Below are positions 19,646 through 29,581 of a stretch of DNA of 64,000 nt, piece after piece. The stretch is taken from the NCBI GenBank assembly GCA_018657845.1, contig JABHWJ010000033.1, positions 12,834-76,833 on the forward strand, given 5' to 3'. This DNA comes from Candidatus Woesearchaeota archaeon. GTDB lineage: Archaea > Nanobdellota > Nanobdellia > Woesearchaeales > GW2011-AR9. The number at the start of each line of letters is the position of its first letter. Positions within the stretch are counted from its first letter, which is position 1. The notes below the pieces were generated by a model. That model saw only the letters and a list, made by a program, of their open reading frames with translations. It was not told the DNA's origin and did no database searches. Both the position numbers and the translations under genes were made by a program.

Positions 19646-20197
19646 ATGTTCTATAAAGTCAAGGTAAAGGATTTCATTCGCGTTCCACCAGGAATGTTCA
19701 ATTTAACTAAAAAAGAAGCTGTTCTCAAAAACATCAGAGAAAACTACGATAATTATGTCTCCAAAGAACTAGGATTTGTTATCAATGTAATTAATGTTGA
19801 TGATATCCAAGAAGGAGTTATTATTCCCGGAGACGGAGCAGGTTACTATGAAACTGGCTTCGACTTATTGACCTACAAACCAGAATTAAACGAAATGGTA
19901 TTTGGGAAGGTTAAAGACATTGTAGATTTCGGAGCTTTTGTAGAACTTGGTGGTGCAGAAGGAATGGTTCACGTTTCCCAATCTATGGATGATTTCGTTT
20001 CTTTTAGTAAAGAAAAAGTCCTTCAAGGTAAAAAAACTGGAAGAAGTTTAAAAGTTAATGACCGTTGCAAGGCCAGAGTTATCGCAGTAAGTTATAAAGA
20101 TATTAACAATCCAAAAATTGGTTTAACTATGAGACAAGAAGGATTAGGAAAAATCGAATGGTTAACTCAACCAGAAGAAGTTAAGGGTGAAGAATAA
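19646..20197 (+). CDS. rpoE1: DNA-directed RNA polymerase subunit E' (Rpo7)
   Basis: IIPGDG, S1 domain FGAFV..GMVHVSQ, KIGLTMRQEGLG. Confidence 0.95.
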   Translation: MFYKVKVKDFIRVPPGMFNLTKKEAVLKNIRENYDNYVSKELGFVINVINVDDIQEGVIIPGDGAGYYETGFDLLTYKPELNEMVFGKVKDIVDFGAFVELGGAEGMVHVSQSMDDFVSFSKEKVLQGKKTGRSLKVNDRCKARVIAVSYKDINNPKIGLTMRQEGLGKIEWLTQPEEVKGEE

Positions 20198-20386
20198 ATG
20201 GCTAAGAGAAAAGTATGTAGGAAATGTAAACTTTTCGTTGAAGGAGAAGTTTGTCCAGCTTGCAAGAATAATAATTTTACAGACAATTGGCAAGGTCGTC
20301 TATTTGTCAATAATTTCGAAAAATCTGACATCGCTCAGAAAATGGAACTTAAATTCAATGGAGAATATGCAATTAAAATAAGATAA
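20198..20386 (+). CDS. spt4: Transcription elongation factor Spt4 (RpoE'')
   Basis: CRKC..CPAC, WQG, GEYAIKIR. Confidence 0.93.
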   Translation: MAKRKVCRKCKLFVEGEVCPACKNNNFTDNWQGRLFVNNFEKSDIAQKMELKFNGEYAIKIR

Positions 20387-20388
20387 AA

Positions 20389-20838
20389 ATGGAACTAGAA
20401 ATTAAAGAAAAACAGGAAAACAAACTCTTAAATCGATTAGAAGTTAAAGGTACCCTCACTTTTGAAGGAGCTACCCCTTCCAACGAACAAATTAGAGATT
20501 CTTTAGCAAGCACATTAAATAAAGATAAAGAATTAATTATTATGAAACATATTTATTCTAAGTTCTCTTATCAGGAAGCAGAATTTTTAGCTTTTGTTTA
20601 TGATAACCAAGAAGCTAGAGATAAAACAGAAATTATTACTAAACACTTGAAAAAGAAAGCTGAAGAAGAAACTAAGAAAAAAGCTGAAGAAGCTGAAGCT
20701 ACTGCTGAAGCCGCTCCTAAAGAAGAAGAGAAAGTAGAGGAACCAGTTAAGGAAGAACCCAAGGTAGAGGAAAAGCCTGAAGCTCCTGAAGAAACTCCCG
20801 CTGCCCCTACAGAAGAAACTAAGGAGAATAAAGAATGA
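20389..20838 (+). CDS. rps24e: 30S ribosomal protein S24e with acidic Glu/Pro/Ala-rich tail
   Basis: NKLLNRLEV..GATPS; synteny. Confidence 0.9.
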   Translation: MELEIKEKQENKLLNRLEVKGTLTFEGATPSNEQIRDSLASTLNKDKELIIMKHIYSKFSYQEAEFLAFVYDNQEARDKTEIITKHLKKKAEEETKKKAEEAEATAEAAPKEEEKVEEPVKEEPKVEEKPEAPEETPAAPTEETKENKE

Positions 20839-21068
20839 TCGGAAAATCTAACAAAGGACCTAAAGATAGAAAACCTAAAGAGAAAAAACCAAGTAAGAGA
20901 TTAGGTGAACTCTACAACATTTCCGGCGACAGTATCGAAAGAAAAAACAAATTCTGCCCTAAGTGTGGTAAAGGATTTTTCTTAGCAGCTCACAAAGACA
21001 GATCTGTCTGTGGTAAGTGTAAATACGTAGAGATGATTTCTAAGAAAGAAGCACCCAAAGAAGAGTAA
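20835..21068 (+). CDS. rps27ae: 30S ribosomal protein S27ae
   Basis: KFCPKCG.GFFLAAHKDR..CGKC. Confidence 0.95.
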   Translation: MIGKSNKGPKDRKPKEKKPSKRLGELYNISGDSIERKNKFCPKCGKGFFLAAHKDRSVCGKCKYVEMISKKEAPKEE

Positions 21069-21100
21069 TTTTTATATATTATCTTATTTTCTCTTAACTT

Positions 21101-21661
21101 ATGTTTGATCAATTAAAACAACAATATTCTAGCTGTAATAAATGCGAAGAACTCTGTAATTCAAGAACTCAAGTGGTTTTTGGTTCTGGCAACAAAGACG
21201 CAGACGTTCTTTTCATTGGTGAAGCTCCTGGAGCGAATGAAGACAAACAAGGAATTCCTTTTTGTGGAATGTCTGGGAAACTATTAAATGAACTCTTAGC
21301 TTCAATTAACCTCTCCAGAGATGATATCTTCATCACCAATACAGTTCTCTGCCGTCCCGAAAATAACAGAAATCCAAAAAAAGAAGAAATTGAAAACTGT
21401 AGAGAAAGATTAGACCAACTCCTAAAGGTCATGAAACCAAAAGTTATTGTTACAATTGGAAACTTTGCTACTGGAAGAATCATCAACAAAACAGGCATCA
21501 CCAAAATACGGGGACAAATCTTCCCTTTCAAAGACAACATTAAAGTTATTCCCGTAGTTCATCCCGCTTCCTATCTCTACTCTGGCAGAAACCCAGAAAT
21601 CTTCCAAAAGATGAAAGATGATTTTAAAACTATTCTAGACGTCATCCATAACAAAAAATAA
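21101..21661 (+). CDS. udg: Uracil-DNA glycosylase family 4
   Basis: CNKC, GEAPG..ED..G.PF, CRP..NR.P, HPAS. Confidence 0.93.
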   Translation: MFDQLKQQYSSCNKCEELCNSRTQVVFGSGNKDADVLFIGEAPGANEDKQGIPFCGMSGKLLNELLASINLSRDDIFITNTVLCRPENNRNPKKEEIENCRERLDQLLKVMKPKVIVTIGNFATGRIINKTGITKIRGQIFPFKDNIKVIPVVHPASYLYSGRNPEIFQKMKDDFKTILDVIHNKK

Positions 21662-21718
21662 ACATACATTCTCAAACCCAATAATCCTTTTAAACAGAAA
21701 CCTTTTCTAAATCATAAA

Positions 21719-22087
21719 ATGTGGAATACAATTTATACTGATGGAAAAATCTTTGCAACTAATGATTTTATGAGTTTGTACAATAACCATGCCGGTTATC
21801 TTAACGAAGAACGTTTTCAAAGAGCAGCAAAAATTGCTCAATTAGACTTAATTGAATCTAAGATTACTAAAGTTGAAAGTAACAAAGATCCAGGATTTTC
21901 AGATTATTACCTCAGTGGCCCCAATAACCTTGGTCATGCAATTGCAACTTTATCGGATTCTTTAGTTCACCCAGTAATGTCTGCACTTAGGGTTTCTGAT
22001 GTTAATAATCTAGAGGGCACAGTAGTTCAGGCATTTTATCAGAGTAATCATTTGCGTGGATTCAGAGCCCTACCAAAAGAACAATAA
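21719..22087 (+). CDS. Hypothetical protein
   Basis: 122-aa ORF with TATA-like TTTTAAA upstream. Confidence 0.55.
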   Translation: MWNTIYTDGKIFATNDFMSLYNNHAGYLNEERFQRAAKIAQLDLIESKITKVESNKDPGFSDYYLSGPNNLGHAIATLSDSLVHPVMSALRVSDVNNLEGTVVQAFYQSNHLRGFRALPKEQ

Positions 22088-22136
22088 AGTAATTCCTCCG
22101 TTAATTATATAAAATGGTAAAGGTTTTCTTAAGCTC

Positions 22137-23894
22137 ATGAAAGCAAAAGAACTTAAACAAAAATATTTAGAATTTTTTAAGAATAAAAACCACATAATTA
22201 TCCCTTCTGCATCATTAATTCCAGATAATGACCCTACTGCCTTATTTACTACCGCCGGTATGCATCCTTTAGTTTCTTTTATCATGGGCCAACCTCATCC
22301 TTCTGGAAAAAGACTTGTTAATGCTCAGAAATGCCTCAGAACTCAAGATATTGATGAAGTGGGAGACTCTACCCATACTACTTTCTTTGAGATGTTAGGA
22401 AACTGGAGCCTTGGAGATTACTTCAAAAAAGAAGCCATTGAGATGAGTTTCGAATTCCTTACTAAAACTCTTAACTTTCCATTATCCCATTTAGCGTTCA
22501 CCTGTTTCGAAGGAGACAAAAACGCCCCTAAGGATGAAGAAGCTGCCAAGATCTGGTTAACATTAGGTGTGCCAAAAGAAAGAATTGCTTTTCTAGGAAA
22601 GGAAGATAATTGGTGGGGTCCGGTAGGAGACTCTGGACCTTGTGGACCAGATACAGAAATGTTTTACTGGGTTGGAGAAACTAACCCTCCAAAAGAATTT
22701 GATCCCAATGACAACAACTGGATGGAAATCTGGAATGATGTTTTCATCCAATATGATAAAACGAAAGAAGGAAAATTTACCTCATTAAAAAATAAAACAA
22801 TTGATACCGGTTTAGGTCTTGAAAGAGTCACCGCAGTATTACAAGGAAAGAAAACTGTTTTTGACACTGAACTATTTCAACCAATCTTTGAGAAAATAAC
22901 CCAACTAACTGACACTGAACCAAACAGAAAGAACATCACTTCTTACAGGATTATTGCAGACCATCTTAGGGCATCAGTTTTCCTTCTTGGTGATGAAAGA
23001 AAGATTACGCCGTCCAACGTAGACCAGGGTTATATCCTAAGAAGATTCATCAGAAGAACTATCCGTCATCTAAAAAATCTAGGCTTAAAAATAGAAAATA
23101 TTGATCTCGCCCCTTTCGCCAAGTTAATAATCAAAATGTATCAAGAAGAATATCCCCTTCTCAAAGAAAACAGCCAATTCATTATCGAAGAACTAAAAAA
23201 AGAACAAGAAAAATTCAAACAAACTCTTGAAAAGGGATTAAAAGAATTCAATAAAATGAGTAATAAAAAAGTCATCCCAGGAAAAGATGCCTTCCTTCTC
23301 TTCCAAAGTTATGGTTTCCCTCTTGAACTAACTGTAGAACTCGCTAATGAAAAAGGTATTAATGTTGACGAAGAAAATTTTCATAAAGAATACCAAAAAC
23401 ATCAAGAACTTTCTAGAATTGGTGCAGAGAAGAAGTTTAAAGGTGGCCTAAGTGAATCCTCTGAAGAAACTAAAAAGCTTCACACCACTACTCATTTACT
23501 CGCAGAAGCCTTAAGGAAAATCATATCTCCAGACATTAAGCAACGAGGAAGTAACATCACCGATGAACGATTAAGATTCGACTTCAATTTTGATAGAAAA
23601 CTAACTGATGAAGAAAAGAAAGCAATAGAGGAAGAAGTAAACAAGGTTATTCAACAAGGATTAGAAGTGAAACGAGAAGAAATGTCTCTTGACCAAGCAA
23701 AAAAACTTAAGGCCCAAGCCGAATTCGGATTAAAGTATCCGGATCAAGTCTCTGTTTACTTCATTGGAGACTACTCAATTGAAATCTGTGGCGGACCCCA
23801 CATCAAAAACACCAAAGAATTAGGAAAATTCAAAATTAAAAAAGAACAATCCAGTGCTGCAGGGATCAGAAGAATTAAGGCAGTATTAGAATGA
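22137..23894 (+). CDS. alaS: Alanine--tRNA ligase, short form (no C-Ala domain)
   Basis: FTTAGM, FEMLGNWS, GPCGPD, DTGLGLER; editing HTTTH and CGGPH. Confidence 0.96.
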   Translation: MKAKELKQKYLEFFKNKNHIIIPSASLIPDNDPTALFTTAGMHPLVSFIMGQPHPSGKRLVNAQKCLRTQDIDEVGDSTHTTFFEMLGNWSLGDYFKKEAIEMSFEFLTKTLNFPLSHLAFTCFEGDKNAPKDEEAAKIWLTLGVPKERIAFLGKEDNWWGPVGDSGPCGPDTEMFYWVGETNPPKEFDPNDNNWMEIWNDVFIQYDKTKEGKFTSLKNKTIDTGLGLERVTAVLQGKKTVFDTELFQPIFEKITQLTDTEPNRKNITSYRIIADHLRASVFLLGDERKITPSNVDQGYILRRFIRRTIRHLKNLGLKIENIDLAPFAKLIIKMYQEEYPLLKENSQFIIEELKKEQEKFKQTLEKGLKEFNKMSNKKVIPGKDAFLLFQSYGFPLELTVELANEKGINVDEENFHKEYQKHQELSRIGAEKKFKGGLSESSEETKKLHTTTHLLAEALRKIISPDIKQRGSNITDERLRFDFNFDRKLTDEEKKAIEEEVNKVIQQGLEVKREEMSLDQAKKLKAQAEFGLKYPDQVSVYFIGDYSIEICGGPHIKNTKELGKFKIKKEQSSAAGIRRIKAVLE

Positions 23895-24278
23895 AACGAG
23901 GTAAATAATAAAATGTTATCTAGAGAAACTTTAAAAAAAGTATTAAGAACTATCTTGGGCTACGATCCAAAAAAAGATCCCCGATTAGATTTCACCAACA
24001 TGTATGGGATATTAGAAGAACACCTAAATGCGGTTGAAGAAGAATTTTCTGAGGAAAAAAAACTTGTTAAGCTTACCAAACAGTATGGAAATAACATTAA
24101 CGCTGCAATTGAAGCTATTAAAAAAATTAGAAATGCAACGGAAGATAATAAACCTCAAGCCATGATAGAAAATCTTCCCATAATCAAAAACAATTTAAAT
24201 GAAGCTCATGGATTAACTTTATTATTAGAAGCAGAACTTAAAAAAATAAAGAAAGAAAGTAAATTCCTAGAATGAAAC
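23887..24278 (+). repeat. 11-bp direct repeat TAGAATGAAAC flanking gene 23913..24275
   Basis: Copies at 23887..23897 and 24268..24278. Confidence 0.8.
23913..24275 (+). CDS. Hypothetical helical protein
   Basis: 120-aa ORF with GAGGT RBS. Confidence 0.65.
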   Translation: MLSRETLKKVLRTILGYDPKKDPRLDFTNMYGILEEHLNAVEEEFSEEKKLVKLTKQYGNNINAAIEAIKKIRNATEDNKPQAMIENLPIIKNNLNEAHGLTLLLEAELKKIKKESKFLE

Positions 24279-24514
24279 TAAACCTGCAACTAGAAAAAGC
24301 AATCGAACAAATTAATCAAGAACAAGCTAAAACTATTCTTATCCAATTACCAGATGGACTAAAACCAAAAGCAGAAGAAATTCAAAAAACAATCCAAAAA
24401 AAAACAGCAGCAAAAATAACTTTTTGGTCCGGATCTTGTTACGGGGCTTGCGATGTCCCCTTAGTATCCAATTTTGATCTGTTAATTCAATTTGGACATT
24501 CTGAGTGGCGTTAA
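24272..24514 (+). CDS. dph2: Dph2-like N-terminal domain only (80 aa)
   Basis: IQLPDGLK, CYGACD, LLIQFGHS motifs of diphthamide synthesis Dph1/Dph2. Confidence 0.75.
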   Translation: MKLNLQLEKAIEQINQEQAKTILIQLPDGLKPKAEEIQKTIQKKTAAKITFWSGSCYGACDVPLVSNFDLLIQFGHSEWR

Positions 24515-25248
24515 TCCACCAAATACAATTTAGAATACATTCCTTTCATTTGACTAGGAACCACCCCAACAATCCATCTATTTTTTTTATTACCAGTAGT
24601 TTCAGCAAAATAATAATTCTTACCTCCTACTTCCTGATATGGTTGTCCAGGAAAGTCCCCTTCTACGGCAACAGCAATATGTCCAAATCCTCCTTGATTA
24701 ACTTTGGGATTTTCAACTTGTAACCAACTTTTTGGCCAAGGAATTATTCCAGGAATCACAATTAACCCGGTTTCAATCCCTCTAGATTTCAACAAAGAAG
24801 CATACAAGATAGAAACATCTTCACAATCACCTTTCCCATCACTTAAAGTCTTGCCAGGCTTACGAACATATTCCCTTAGACTCAACACTTCGTCCCAATC
24901 ATATTCTATTGTACCATTAACATAATCTAACAAAGCTTGAGCTTCCTCTTCTTTTGAATTACAATCTTCAGTTAACTTATCAGCTAATTCTTGTATCTTT
25001 GAATCATTATAATCTACAAAAGTAACATAATCATCTAAACCAAAATCTTCAGTTACATTACTATCAGAAACTGCTAGTATTGCCTCCAAATCAATATCTT
25101 GAACCATTGAAGTGTTGGCAGGCCAACCATAGATCATGGCTTCTTTTTTCTCAGGAGCCGAACAGTAACTTAACAAACTAACCAGCATAGTTGCCACTAC
25201 CATTTTTGTAGATGTTAGAAATTGACCAAAGAGAGGTCTCATTGACAT
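24511..25248 (-). CDS. Transglutaminase-like domain lipoprotein
   Basis: GDCEDVSILYASLL, GHIAVAV, YFAETT; N-terminal hydrophobic segment with Cys. Confidence 0.85.
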   Translation of the reverse strand: MSMRPLFGQFLTSTKMVVATMLVSLLSYCSAPEKKEAMIYGWPANTSMVQDIDLEAILAVSDSNVTEDFGLDDYVTFVDYNDSKIQELADKLTEDCNSKEEEAQALLDYVNGTIEYDWDEVLSLREYVRKPGKTLSDGKGDCEDVSILYASLLKSRGIETGLIVIPGIIPWPKSWLQVENPKVNQGGFGHIAVAVEGDFPGQPYQEVGGKNYYFAETTGNKKNRWIVGVVPSQMKGMYSKLYLVD

Positions 25249-25354
25249 ATATAACTAATTATGAATTATTTAAATCTTTCTCCCAAAAACCAGTTATTTT
25301 ATAAACAATAACTTCTTTTCTAACATTAGTTAAATCAAAAAGAGGTGATTTAGA

Positions 25355-25579
25355 ATGGAATGTCATAGCCCTAAGTGTGCAGGAACAATGAAAATTGTAG
25401 TTGGTGTTCTTATTTTGTTAGCTGCCTTTGTATGGCCAAAGTTATCGGGTATTGATAATTGGGTTGCATTTTTAGGTGCGTTAATGGTTTTGTTTGGAGT
25501 CATGAAATTTTTCCATCCCAGTTGTGGATCTGGAGAATGTTGTCTTCCTGATAAACCAGCAAGCAAAAAAAGAAAATAA
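25355..25579 (+). CDS. Small two-TM protein with Cys/His-rich ends
   Basis: GAGGTGA RBS; CHSPKC and HPSCG..CC. Confidence 0.7.
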   Translation: MECHSPKCAGTMKIVVGVLILLAAFVWPKLSGIDNWVAFLGALMVLFGVMKFFHPSCGSGECCLPDKPASKKRK

Positions 25580-25597
25580 TTGATTAATTTATTTTTT

Positions 25598-26431
25598 TTA
25601 TTTTTTAAAACTTTCTAGAACTGAATTAACTTTGTCAGGATAATCTTCTAAAATTCTTTCCCTAATTTTATCTGGAGAAACAACATCTCTCGAATTAGAA
25701 TTCATTTCATCAGATACATCAACAGAAGTTAGGTGGACAAGACCTTCAAAGTCGAGTGTAATGCCACCTTCCAATATTCTTTGACCTGCCTTAACAAATC
25801 TTTTTCTTGTTAAATATTTATTAACTCCTTTTTTACTAGGATCTACTTCGCAAAATTCTGGGTGATAGTGTTTCAACAATTTTACTCCATTAGGATAACC
25901 AGGAGAATAAGAATGAATGATTACACCTTCTGGGGGACCTTCATATAAATCACTTTTCTCAATAATACCTTCCAATAATCTTTGATTAATTTTACCTCGA
26001 GATTTTAAAGGTACTTGAGGAATGATCTTAGAAACTCCCAAAAGGTCAAGCCATTCGTCTCTTTCTTCAGGATGTAAGAAACGACTCTCTTCTTCATTAT
26101 AAATACCAATAGTTAACATTTTATCAACAAATTTTGAATCATAGGGAATATGTCCATACCCTTTATGTACAAATTCTCCAAAAATAACCAATTCTTCGGG
26201 TAAGGCCAACAATGAGGCATACAACTGATTATAAACAAATTTTCTAAATTCATCAAAATAATATTTTGTTTTTTTTATTTGTCCTCCGCGGCTCCATAAT
26301 TGAATCTTATATCCAGAGTTACGTAAAGAAACATTTGATCCATCAACTTTTTCATAAACAAATAAATTTTCATCAATCATAGGTCTACCATGATAATAAT
26401 CTTTAATTGAAGGAAATTTAAATGAGCTCAT
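25598..26431 (-). CDS. ATP-dependent RNA ligase, Rnl2-like
   Basis: Motif I EKVDGSN, Ia WSR, III IFGEF, IV EGVII, V LLKH; C-domain YLTRKRF. Confidence 0.82.
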   Translation of the reverse strand: MSSFKFPSIKDYYHGRPMIDENLFVYEKVDGSNVSLRNSGYKIQLWSRGGQIKKTKYYFDEFRKFVYNQLYASLLALPEELVIFGEFVHKGYGHIPYDSKFVDKMLTIGIYNEEESRFLHPEERDEWLDLLGVSKIIPQVPLKSRGKINQRLLEGIIEKSDLYEGPPEGVIIHSYSPGYPNGVKLLKHYHPEFCEVDPSKKGVNKYLTRKRFVKAGQRILEGGITLDFEGLVHLTSVDVSDEMNSNSRDVVSPDKIRERILEDYPDKVNSVLESFKK

Positions 26432-27162
26432 CTTTTTCCTTCCTCTACTAAAAAATATTCTCTGGCGTTAACTGGACGTAAATAATCAAGATAACGAGCA
26501 CCATCCGGCGAAGATAAAAATAAATTTAAAGCTTTGTTTACATGGGCATCAGAAGATAATACTATTGTCCGATAAACATTCTCTAATGGAGAACCATTGT
26601 CTTGTTTGATATTCTCTGCAAATTGTTCAGCAGATTTTTGTGCAAGAAACATTGAAGCATCAATAATATCTAAATCTGTTGGAGAAATTGGATCTTGCTC
26701 AGCTTTTTTTCCAGTAATGGTAGAACTAAACAATTCTCTCAAACCATAACGCATTTCATCAAAACCAGATAATTCGCTAGTATTATATCTAAATAACAAG
26801 TTTTCGTCTCTTGCAGTTAAATTAAAACCACGAACGGCACTAAAGATAATATCTCCCAAACCATTACGATAACCATTTGAAGATAAATGATAATGATGAT
26901 CTGCACATTCCTGAGTAACCCTATCTGTAACTACAAATTTAACTTTTCCCATCCCCCTTGCAGACTCAGCAATTTGTTCTAAACCTACTGCTCCTGTCTT
27001 CTTTCCAGACTTAACAAAGGCTTTTTCTATATCCATTATCGCAGAAGTATCCAAAACAATAACTGGAATTACCCCTAATTCTTTAGTGTGTGGACTAGAT
27101 GAACAATAGAAAGATTCTAAATAATCATACAATAAATGTCGCCTCTTTACTGCCATATACAT
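26428..27162 (-). CDS. PIN-domain ribonuclease (VapC-like, enlarged)
   Basis: VIVLDTSAI, VTQEC, SPTDLDII, VLSSDAHV supply all four acidic residues; stop overlaps the ligase start (ATGA). Confidence 0.75.
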   Translation of the reverse strand: MYMAVKRRHLLYDYLESFYCSSSPHTKELGVIPVIVLDTSAIMDIEKAFVKSGKKTGAVGLEQIAESARGMGKVKFVVTDRVTQECADHHYHLSSNGYRNGLGDIIFSAVRGFNLTARDENLLFRYNTSELSGFDEMRYGLRELFSSTITGKKAEQDPISPTDLDIIDASMFLAQKSAEQFAENIKQDNGSPLENVYRTIVLSSDAHVNKALNLFLSSPDGARYLDYLRPVNAREYFLVEEGKR

Positions 27163-27197
27163 AAATTGTTATGACTATTTATAAGCTTTTTGGTTTT

Positions 27198-27215
27198 AAC
27201 TACTAGTTAGTAGTT
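27198..27215. promoter_or_regulatory. Perfect inverted repeat upstream of the PIN-ligase promoter
   Basis: AACTACTA-GT-TAGTAGTT next to BRE/TATA (TTATAAAT on minus strand, 27177..27184). Confidence 0.5.
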
Positions 27216-27289
27216 TCCAGCATTTTTTCTGTAAATAACCCATATTCTTTGAGAAATCACATAGAATCTTGGCTAATCTACAAATATAA

Positions 27290-27658
27290 CTAAGACTCAA
27301 ATCTACAAACTAAACTTTTTTGTAACTCATCTTCATTTAAACCCAATTTAGAAATCACCATCTTATGAACGGTTTCAGGATCTTGAGTTTCGGGACCAAG
27401 ATATAATGTATGAAAATATTCGATGGGGTCTGCTCTTTTAAAAATAACACAAGTTACAATTTCTCCTAATTCTTCGGCAGCACAAAAAGGATGTACTCCT
27501 TTGTATTCTCTTCCCTTATTCCGCTTAAGGAGTTGATCTAAGTTATATGCGGGAGGCCCAGACCTAGAACTTTGCATACTCACTTGACGTGCAGAATGCT
27601 CATGAGTATACCAATCTAAATCCATAGATAAATGTTCTAAATGCTTTGGCTTATACAT
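27290..27658 (-). CDS. Hypothetical protein
   Basis: 122-aa ORF, apparently leaderless, TATA at about 27681..27688. Confidence 0.55.
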   Translation of the reverse strand: MYKPKHLEHLSMDLDWYTHEHSARQVSMQSSRSGPPAYNLDQLLKRNKGREYKGVHPFCAAEELGEIVTCVIFKRADPIEYFHTLYLGPETQDPETVHKMVISKLGLNEDELQKSLVCRFES

Positions 27659-27772
27659 ATTATCAATGTGATAATAAGTAGTTATAAATCTTTCGTTTAT
27701 TTTGTTACTAAATAGTGATTACATTAAAAAATAAATCTCAAAACACAACTTTCATAAAACAAATCAGAATTC

Positions 27773-28087
27773 TTAAGCATCAACCATTTCAATTTCAATA
27801 TTAAGATTATCAGGAATCGGAACTCTCATCACCAAACGTAAGGTTCTTTCATCAGCACCTAAATCAATTAGCCGTTTATGCACTCTCATTTCATACCGTT
27901 CCCAAGAAGCTCTACCTTCACCACAAGGACTTTTTCTGGTGGTAATTTTCAACTTCTTAGTTGGTAATGGAATCGGACCCTTAAGATCAACACCAGTCTT
28001 CTCCGCGATTTCTCTAATGCTATCACAGATCTGATTGATCTTAGCTATGTCCATGCTTGCCAACTTTATTCTTGCTCTCTGTGCCAT
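27773..28087 (-). CDS. rps10: 30S ribosomal protein S10 (uS10)
   Basis: [30 protein letters not shown]. Confidence 0.97.
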   Translation of the reverse strand: MAQRARIKLASMDIAKINQICDSIREIAEKTGVDLKGPIPLPTKKLKITTRKSPCGEGRASWERYEMRVHKRLIDLGADERTLRLVMRVPIPDNLNIEIEMVDA

Positions 28088-28179
28088 TTTTTATTTATCC
28101 ACAATAAACCTTCGTTCACCATGGGTTGTTTATAAACTTTTTCATTTTTTGAATAAAAAAAATAAAATTAAAAAGAGGT

Positions 28180-29472
28180 TTAAAGCTCTTTTTTAACTAA
28201 ATCCATACACATCCCTGCAGCTACAGTAGTTCCAGAGTCACGAATTGCAAACCTAGACATCTGTGGGATTTCGCCGTTCTTCTCGATAACCAATGGTTGA
28301 ACTGGTATTAATCTAACAAGAGCAGCATCTCCATTTCTTAAGATGTCTTTGTTTTCGGTAACTTCTTCACCGGTAGCAGGATTAATCTTTTTCAAGATTT
28401 CTGCAAATCTACAAGCCACTTGTGCAGTGTGAATGTGGAATACAGGTGTATAACCAACAGTAACAACACTTGGGTGACTCATGATAACAATTTGTGCAGT
28501 AAATTCAGTAGCTACAGTTGGAGGATTGTCTGAAGGTCCTAATACGTCTCCTCTGGCAATATCTTTTTTACCAATTCCTCGTACGTTAAATCCTACGTTG
28601 TCTCCAGGTTCAGCTTTCTGAACTTGCTCGTGATGCATTTCAATAGTTTTACATTCACCGGAAATACCTTTACCTTCTCTTCCAGGTACAACTGTTACTT
28701 TATCTCCAATTTTCATTACACCGGTTTCGATTCTTCCAACAGGTACAACTCCGATACCAGTGATGTTATACACATCCTGAATTGGTAGTCTTAATGGTAA
28801 GTCGGTAGGTTTTTGTGGAACATCAAATTTGTCGATAGCTTGTAATAAGGTATCTCCATCCCACCAAGATAACTTCTCAGTTTTCTTAACTATGTTGTCT
28901 CCAGGTAGAGCTGCAAGAGGTAAGAATCTAATGTCGTCTACTTTCCATCCAGCCGGAGCTGCATGTTTTTTAACTTCTTCAACAACTTCTTTATATCTTG
29001 CTTCACTCCAGTCTACTCCAGAAATGTCCATTTTGTTAACAGCAACGATTAACTGTCCTACACCAAAAATCTTAGATAATTTCAAGTGCTCGATAGTTTG
29101 TGCATTTACACCATCGTTAGCAGCAACAACTAGAACTGCACAGTCTGCTTGAGAAGCGCCTGTAATCATGTTCTTAATGAAGTCTCTGTGTCCAGGAGCA
29201 TCGATAACTGTAAAATAATATTTGTCCGTATCGAATCTCTTGTGAGCTAGGTCAATTGTAACTCCTCTTTCCTGCTCTTCTTTTAAGTTATCCATAACGA
29301 AAGCGAATTCAAATCCACCTTTTCCAAGCTGTTCTGCCTTCTCTTTCAGTTTTCTCATTGCTTGCTCACCGATATTTCCAGAATCGAATAATAGTCTACC
29401 AACAGTGGTAGATTTACCGTGATCTACGTGACCGATAAACACTAAATTGATATGTTCTTTTTCTTTTGCCAT
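28180..29472 (-). CDS. tuf: Translation elongation factor EF-1alpha
   Basis: [18 protein letters not shown]; start re-set to MAKEK after GGAGGA RBS. Confidence 0.98.
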   Translation of the reverse strand: MAKEKEHINLVFIGHVDHGKSTTVGRLLFDSGNIGEQAMRKLKEKAEQLGKGGFEFAFVMDNLKEEQERGVTIDLAHKRFDTDKYYFTVIDAPGHRDFIKNMITGASQADCAVLVVAANDGVNAQTIEHLKLSKIFGVGQLIVAVNKMDISGVDWSEARYKEVVEEVKKHAAPAGWKVDDIRFLPLAALPGDNIVKKTEKLSWWDGDTLLQAIDKFDVPQKPTDLPLRLPIQDVYNITGIGVVPVGRIETGVMKIGDKVTVVPGREGKGISGECKTIEMHHEQVQKAEPGDNVGFNVRGIGKKDIARGDVLGPSDNPPTVATEFTAQIVIMSHPSVVTVGYTPVFHIHTAQVACRFAEILKKINPATGEEVTENKDILRNGDAALVRLIPVQPLVIEKNGEIPQMSRFAIRDSGTTVAAGMCMDLVKKEL

Positions 29473-29581
29473 TGTTAAATCCTCCTCGTATTCGAGTATT
29501 ATTATTACTTTGTTGTGTTTTATGATCATTTATAAAGCTTTTGGAAATTTTGTCTTAAAATTTTTAAAAAACAGAAAAAAA

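Noticed and set aside
20650..20838. Low-complexity GAA-rich repeats
   Set aside because: Acidic disordered tail of S24e, a common feature
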